A DNA stretch of 55,225 nucleotides, counting the filler, from Dirinaria sp. TL-2023a (Eukaryota), in the NCBI GenBank assembly GCA_051941275.1. It is 5 parts of 5 records of this genome, joined end to end, with 100 filler letters (N's around TTAATTAATTAA, not from the genome) between each part and the next. Parts side by side here need not be neighbours in the genome. Positions count along the whole stretch, not along the records: positions 44,271 to 55,225 come from JAVEBF010000889.1; 4 more parts are not named here. One strand, 5' to 3'. Shown piece after piece: positions 49,549 through 55,225 of this stretch. The position numbers and the translations under genes are program-made. Below the pieces are notes generated by a model. That model did no database searches. It was not told where the DNA came from and was given only the letters and a program-made list of their open reading frames with translations. Positions within the stretch are counted from its first letter, which is position 1, and every line of letters starts with the position of its first letter.

Positions 49549-49891
49549 ATTCAAACCCCACGCGCCCTGACATTGCGACGCTCATCAGAGAAGTGGGAAT
49601 CCCCAGTATTTTGCAACGCAGATACCCACAGACAGCTGCTGATTGCTAAAAGAAGAAGAGGTGTCAGTGACCCTGAAGCTCTAGCTGTGATAGGGCGCAA
49701 CAACGTACTCGTACTTGGCGTGTGGTACCTTTGTAAGGGTTTGCAGAGCCAACCGTAGCGGTATCGGAACAGCCACAGGCGCTGTCAATGGTGATTTGGC
49801 AGCCGTTGACGCCATCAGCGAGACTGAAGGAGAAAGCGTCAGCGCTGGCAACGGCGAAAGCGAGGTTGGCCAGCGACTTGACGGAGACCAT
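49549..49891 (-). CDS. Putative small secreted Cys-containing protein; second exon and 3' end uncertain
   Basis: MVSVKSLANLAFAVASADA signal followed by FSFSLADGVNGCQITIDSACGCSDT. Strong CTGAC...CTTTTAG acceptor near 49646, but the donor is ambiguous. Confidence 0.5.
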
Positions 49892-50639
49892 TTGCTGGAT
49901 ATTTGGAGAGTGTTGAATAAACTCCGGTAGGTAAAAGGGGGGCAACCTAGGGAAGAGTTCTGAAGTAGTCGTAATGTTGTCAGAGAGGATGAGGATGACG
50001 ATATCGCAAGCTTGTTGACTTTTGTTTCCTATTTGTTATCTGCAATATGGGCTGCAAAGCTGACGACAGTTGACGCTGGATTGCTGAAGGTGCAATTAGT
50101 TCTGTTTGTGCCTGTCGATCCGCGCTATTGATGAGATTTGATGGAGAGTATCCTGTTGGATTGACGAATTCGAGTCTTTTTTTTTTTTTTGGCGGCTTGC
50201 TTCCGACGCATCGTTCAATTCCTCAATTTTGAAGCTGATCTGAAGAAAAATATGAATGATCAGCTGAGTTCAGAATCTTTTATCTTCGTCAGCAGCGATT
50301 GCGAAAACTTGCAGCAACCCGAAGGTACGAGTACTCTCTTCGAGTCTCGTTCTTAATCTCCAAGTCGTACGACAAATACCGACATATTCAAACAGGACTG
50401 CGTCCAGCGGTCATCGATACTTTCGATAATTAGCCATCCATGAATGGATGGAACATCATGAATTTATGGACGGGACTTTGCTGTCAGAAAGTTAAAGGTC
50501 AAGGGAGGAACTTTCCTCAGAGACTTTGATGGTCGCTAAGAAATCTTTTATTCAGGTAAGTTTTGTAATGCTACGGGTATGAGTTCAGTGATGAAATCTC
50601 CTTCGATGTTTTGATAGGGCAGTAGATATCGACATACTT

Positions 50640-51210
50640 AAGTTGTGGTTCATTTTCAATGGGAAATCTTCGCAAAGTATCTTGTGAGTTTCTGTTTTGG
50701 TTCGATATTCCTTATTCAAGACGACGGCAGTAGATATGTGTTTGAGCGCTTGAGCATGTTGTACAATCTATTTTCTTCTGTCGGAGCACAGTATGTGTTT
50801 TCTCGTCTCTTTTTTTTGCTATCAATAAAAGGTTTCAGTGGATCTTCATGTCCCTGAATTTCCATCTTCTAAGACGATTTTCTTCCCCTTTGAAAAAGTC
50901 TTCTCGCATAGTATTTCATCGTCACATCGAGATTCAGCTCGACTCTTTTCTATCATGTTGGAACCGAAAATGATTAAGCTCAGATTAGAGGCGAGATCAT
51001 TCTTAAGTTTGTCTTCGTGCATTGAATCAAGACTTGTCATAGTCGTTTGGAGTTTCTCAAAGTCCTCGCTGACGACTTGGACTGCATCTTCGAAATCGTC
51101 AACATCAGTGCTGAATCATCGATCATTTTGATCCATTCTGATTCTGAACTTTGCGATTCGATCGCGATTTCGAATGAGGTCATTGCGTGATGAATGTTCC
51201 TCGAAGCAAA
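50640..51210 (-). pseudogene. Decayed ORF with several in-frame TGA/TAG stops (RIP-like)
   Basis: One frame reads ...RIRMDQNDR*FSTDVDDFEDAVQVVSEDFEKLQ...LASNLSLIIFGS...GNSGT*RSTETFY**QKKETRKHILCSDRRK*IVQHAQALKHI... The region is AT-rich, and the stops fit TGG/CAG transitions. Confidence 0.55.
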
Positions 51211-52562
51211 TTCAGGAAATTCGACTTTAATACTGCAGAGGTATTAGTCGAAGAAATGTGTACGCCCTCGAACACACACTTCAGGTTTGGGTGCCGGTGT
51301 TGTTTTTTCGATGAAGATATGTTGCGAGCGGATATGACTCGCACAAAAGATAGCAAGAAAGATTTGGAATGAAATTAAGCAATCTCTTCGAAACTGAAGA
51401 TACTCTTGCTTTTTAACAGAACGAGAAATGAGTCACAGTGCATGACCGAGTCATATTTCATGCCAGGTGTAATCCCACCAGGCCCAAGTGCACACTTAGT
51501 GCTAAGTAAGACCTAGGTGGAAAATTCTACACGAATCACCCGAACTTGATTGAAAATCGCCCGCCCCACTAGATTCGAATGGGAAATTCTTTACCTAGTT
51601 CGATTAAGATTTTTGTTTCGGTTCGTTTTTGTTGCTTCAAGTCATCATGCCAGACGCCGATTCGATATTACACTTTATCAAGGCTATAGCCCAACCTTCT
51701 TGACACTAGTATCAGGAATCGATTCTACGACAGAGAGGAAAAAAGACGAATTTTGGGAGACACGAAGTACACAGAGAGGCTAAGAAGGTGTTTCCTAATA
51801 TTCTCTGGCTGGAAGATATCTTTTGCGCCTTCAACAGAAGACTGCCGTACTATTAGAAGTCATAAATATGCATCAATTCAGCAGTTGTGATAACGAAGAC
51901 GTCAAGAAGCAAGAGGGTGTTCTCCTTAGATCGATCTGAAGGAAGATGCAGTGATTTACTTTCTTCGGTCGTTCAGAGTTCTCTCCATCGATCCCCCCTC
52001 ATCTCATATGACAGTCAGTACTTGACTTGTAACAAGTCATGACCGACAATCAATAACACGTCTTGAATGTATCAGATTTGAAACTTCGGTGCAACTCGAC
52101 ACGAGTCGATTCGCTCACGTCGATGAGCAATTCGTTCAGGTAGTCATCATCCGACTCATTTAATAGAGGACCTACGGTTAGTCGACAAGTGGGCCCAGTA
52201 GACTAGTCAATAATCCTATTGAGAACGAATGGTTTAAAATAAAGTATAGTAGTCACGAATGTAAAAGTGTAAAATAGCGACCAAATAAGAAAAGAGAATT
52301 TTTGAGTTACAAATTCGACCTGGAAAAGAACAAGAACCCCTAATGCAACGAAGAAGTAAGAATACATAGTTATTTCCTTGGCTTTGATTGCCTCGATGAT
52401 ATATCATACGAAAGAAGCCCGTCGCATAACAATCTTTGGATTTAATCCTTCCCCTTAATTCAGCGCTTTCATATCCAGTTCGTCTGCTTCCTCGATCCTA
52501 ATTACTGTACTTTCTAAAGCGAGAATCTGTACCTTATGCTCAGCAAATATCAGCCTCGTCAA

Positions 52563-52684
52563 GGGTGACGCTAAACCCCATCCAGTGTTTCGTACCATAA
52601 ATGTTGGATTTTTAGTGTAAAAAATTCAAAAACAGAGGTTCCTTATCAGTGGAGCCTTATCGAATTTTTTCTTTAGCGTAGCCC
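52563..52684. mobile_element. MITE-like element, copy 1
   Basis: Imperfect terminal inverted repeats GGGTGACGCTAAA...TTTAGCGTAGCCC. Internal GAGGTTCCTTATC...AGCCTTATCGA is shared with copy 2. Confidence 0.55.
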
Positions 52685-54503
52685 TAATATCTTCTCTCAT
52701 AGGTCATTCCTGATTAATGGACTTAGGTACATGTACCTTAGTCCTCTTTTCCAAACATAAGTATTCATTTTTCGCATTGCCTAGGAAGCGGATCGACTGC
52801 AAGGAACCCACGTAGGTTCTGGCCTAGGTAGACAACAAGCCATCGTAGTGTCCTTTCGTTTTGCGTCTGACAATATTCGTGCATTCATAGTCCATACCTG
52901 ATTGAGTGGCTTTCTAATCGTGTTTTCGATTTCGATTTCGAGTATCCTGAATTTCCATCCGCAGGATCTATAGATATGTATACGAATGCGTTGTGGTTGG
53001 ATGTATGTCTAACACTTTTGATACGATGACTTCGTTATCCTTTTTATTTTTTCGTGACTGAATTTCATAATGAAAATAGGAGTCCTAGCTTCACATACAA
53101 GTAAAGACGTAAGTGTTTCTGTGGCTTCTCCTTCGAGCGCGGCACTAAGTCACATGTCGCTTATCAGGCTTTGACTTTGAAGTAGGACTTCTAATACCTC
53201 AACTGTTTTGCTAGCTGTGGTGATCATGCTGTCGTAAACGTGTTAATAAGTCCCTGACGTCGAAAGTATACAGAGCTGCTGAAGCATGATCCATGGGCAA
53301 TGATTCCCCCCTTAGTATAGTGAATATATTTGATGGTCTAGCAGCGCCGGCTATCACCGATTTAACTCCCGAGCCTGATTCTCAAACGAGAAGAAACAGC
53401 TCCTGCGAAGTGATCCCCCTTTCTAATGCTGATGATGAAAGATACGTGTCCCAGCTGCTGAAAGGGCTATTAATGACTGCTGAGTCTGATGACAGTCATA
53501 TATTTTCATAGAGTCTGTGGATATTTGAAATGTCGATGAAGGAAACATCCAGCAGTATGCTCTTTGTAAGAATCTTGTATCTGAAATTCACTCTTGTTCA
53601 CAGACGTAGAGGTGGGATCTATCAGGTCACGCTCGTGTAGATTGCTCCAATGCTAACCGAAAAGCTTTGCTAAATCTGTGAAGGATCAAATTTGATCGTC
53701 AGCGAAAATATGACTGATAGTATCGAGTGTCTTACTGCATTTGTCTCCCTAAATGTCCAATGAATGTAACCTGATAAGCCTCCTATGCATTGCATTGACC
53801 GTGCGTGGCCGAGGAAGAAGCGATGAATACTTACCTCCTACATGGTTTTAGGTTGATGTATGCCATGCACATCAATATCAGAACAAAGGCACTTCTTAAA
53901 AACGAACAGCTCAGGGAATGAGACAGGAAGCCATGATAGGCAGGGTCCGAATAATCTGAGATCTTATACAAAGTATGAGAAAAGCCAATCTACTCTCTCC
54001 CTCCACCACTACTTTGTTTCGATCATCGTTTCTCTGCTCATACCGCTCGCACAGATTGGTATAACGAGGAATATGTCGATTATACCAGGCTCATCATCTT
54101 CATATCTTTTTCGCTTCAAATTGAGGCTTGTTGAAGTCGACATCGTCCCAGTCCTACCCACTCTTTCTACGACGCTCGCGGTCTTTTATTGACAGTTGTT
54201 CTATGGCGACGGTGAGTCTCCCTAACCCATTCTGAGTTGCAGCGGGGAAAAGTGTGTCACAGTTAGGCCAAACAATACACTCACATTAATAGACATACAC
54301 ACGTTGCTGGTACCGACCTTCGATCGAATCTAGCAAAATATACATCAGAAATCGAAACCAGTTCGAGCCTGGGTATTGATTCATACCTCTTCTAGAATGT
54401 ATAGCAAACATGTATATTGAAACGAGAGACATCAAGGTTTGGTACTTCAAGCGCTTGACGAGCGGTACCAGTGCTGTATGTAATGAGCGAGCCCAATATG
54501 ATA

Positions 54504-54630
54504 GGGGGCATTAACAACGCTAAACCTTTCCCGGGGTTTCTGAACACGAATTTCGGATTTTGAATCATGAACTCGAAAAAACGGAGGTTCCTTATCGGGC
54601 CAGCCTTATCGATTTTCGTTAGCGTAGCCC
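54504..54630. mobile_element. MITE-like element, copy 2
   Basis: TA|GGGGGC...ACGCTAAA...TTAGCGTAGCCC|TA. Collinear with 52563-52684 and flanked by TA on both sides. Confidence 0.55.
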
Positions 54631-55044
54631 TAATTTCAGGGGTTCCCTCCCCCATCTTTCTGATCGGTGTTGTGAGAATGCAACTTTACATGTATACTGG
54701 CCCTACCCTGCCTCATGTATTTTGATCAGGATGCTTATTGTACTTGTACCCAGTCGTAAGGTAATATCTATGACCATGCATAGTTGTAGTAAGATCACAA
54801 TGATCAAGCATGTAATCCCATGACAAAAAAAAAAAAAAAAAAAAAAAATTTTCCCCCAAAACATATATTCCAAAATTCCACCTTACAGTTCATTAAGCGG
54901 GTTACTTGGTGCAGTGGTTAAGGTCTCTCCTTTGTTACTGTTTCTCTCTCTCTCACACACACTCTCTCTCCTTCCTTTGGCTTTCTTTCCTATACCACCC
55001 TTTACCACCCACCATTTAACCCAAAAACCGGCCACCCTGCACCT

Positions 55045-55080
55045 CCTACCCCCTAGTAAACCCGGGTACTAGGGGGTAGG
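55045..55080. repeat. Perfect 14-bp inverted repeat (hairpin, 8-nt loop)
   Basis: CCTACCCCCTAGTA-AACCCGGG-TACTAGGGGGTAGG. Confidence 0.9.
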
Positions 55081-55225
55081 CGACAGGGGCGAAAGGTTTG
55101 GTAGGGAGCCTTCGGGATCCTGAGCTTTTGCTCAATTTGAATTTCGATTTTTTTTTTGTTTTTGGATATGGGCATCGCCGGGATTCGAATCCACGTCCCT
55201 TTTTGCTCTAGGCGCGTCGGGCACG

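Noticed and set aside
54895..55200. tRNA gene
   Set aside because: The A-box-like and B-box-like words are about 260 bp apart and no acceptor or anticodon stems form.

Overview
This window is eukaryotic DNA from a filamentous ascomycete (Pezizomycotina), judged by GT-AG introns with CTRAC/CTAAC branch sites and fungal housekeeping genes. It is not one locus. Five contigs of 10972, 10971, 10970, 10957 and 10955 bp are joined by an identical 100-nt spacer (44N-TTAATTAATTAA-44N) in decreasing length order, so neighbourhoods only mean something within a contig. Contig 1: NAT3 (3' part), a repeat-rich hypothetical protein, ATP16 and a DUF2457-like protein. Contig 2: RPL26, an AT-hook/C2H2 protein and OST4. 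Contig 3: a frameshifted F-box gene, a GH45 subfamily-C-like secreted protein, an 8-Cys small secreted protein, a small mitochondrial-type protein and Ish1. Contig 4: a Kex2-processed repeat precursor, an ANT1-like carrier and a RING protein with an in-frame stop. Contig 5: an SDR (3' part), two tandem F-box paralogues carrying a nucleotidyltransferase-like GS...DxD motif, a small secreted protein, a RIP-like decayed ORF and a two-copy MITE-like element. The best novelty candidates are the tandem F-box/NTase-fold pair and the secreted acidic repeat-peptide precursor. No rRNA, intact tRNA or CRISPR array was found. All family assignments come from motif recognition by eye, not database searches.
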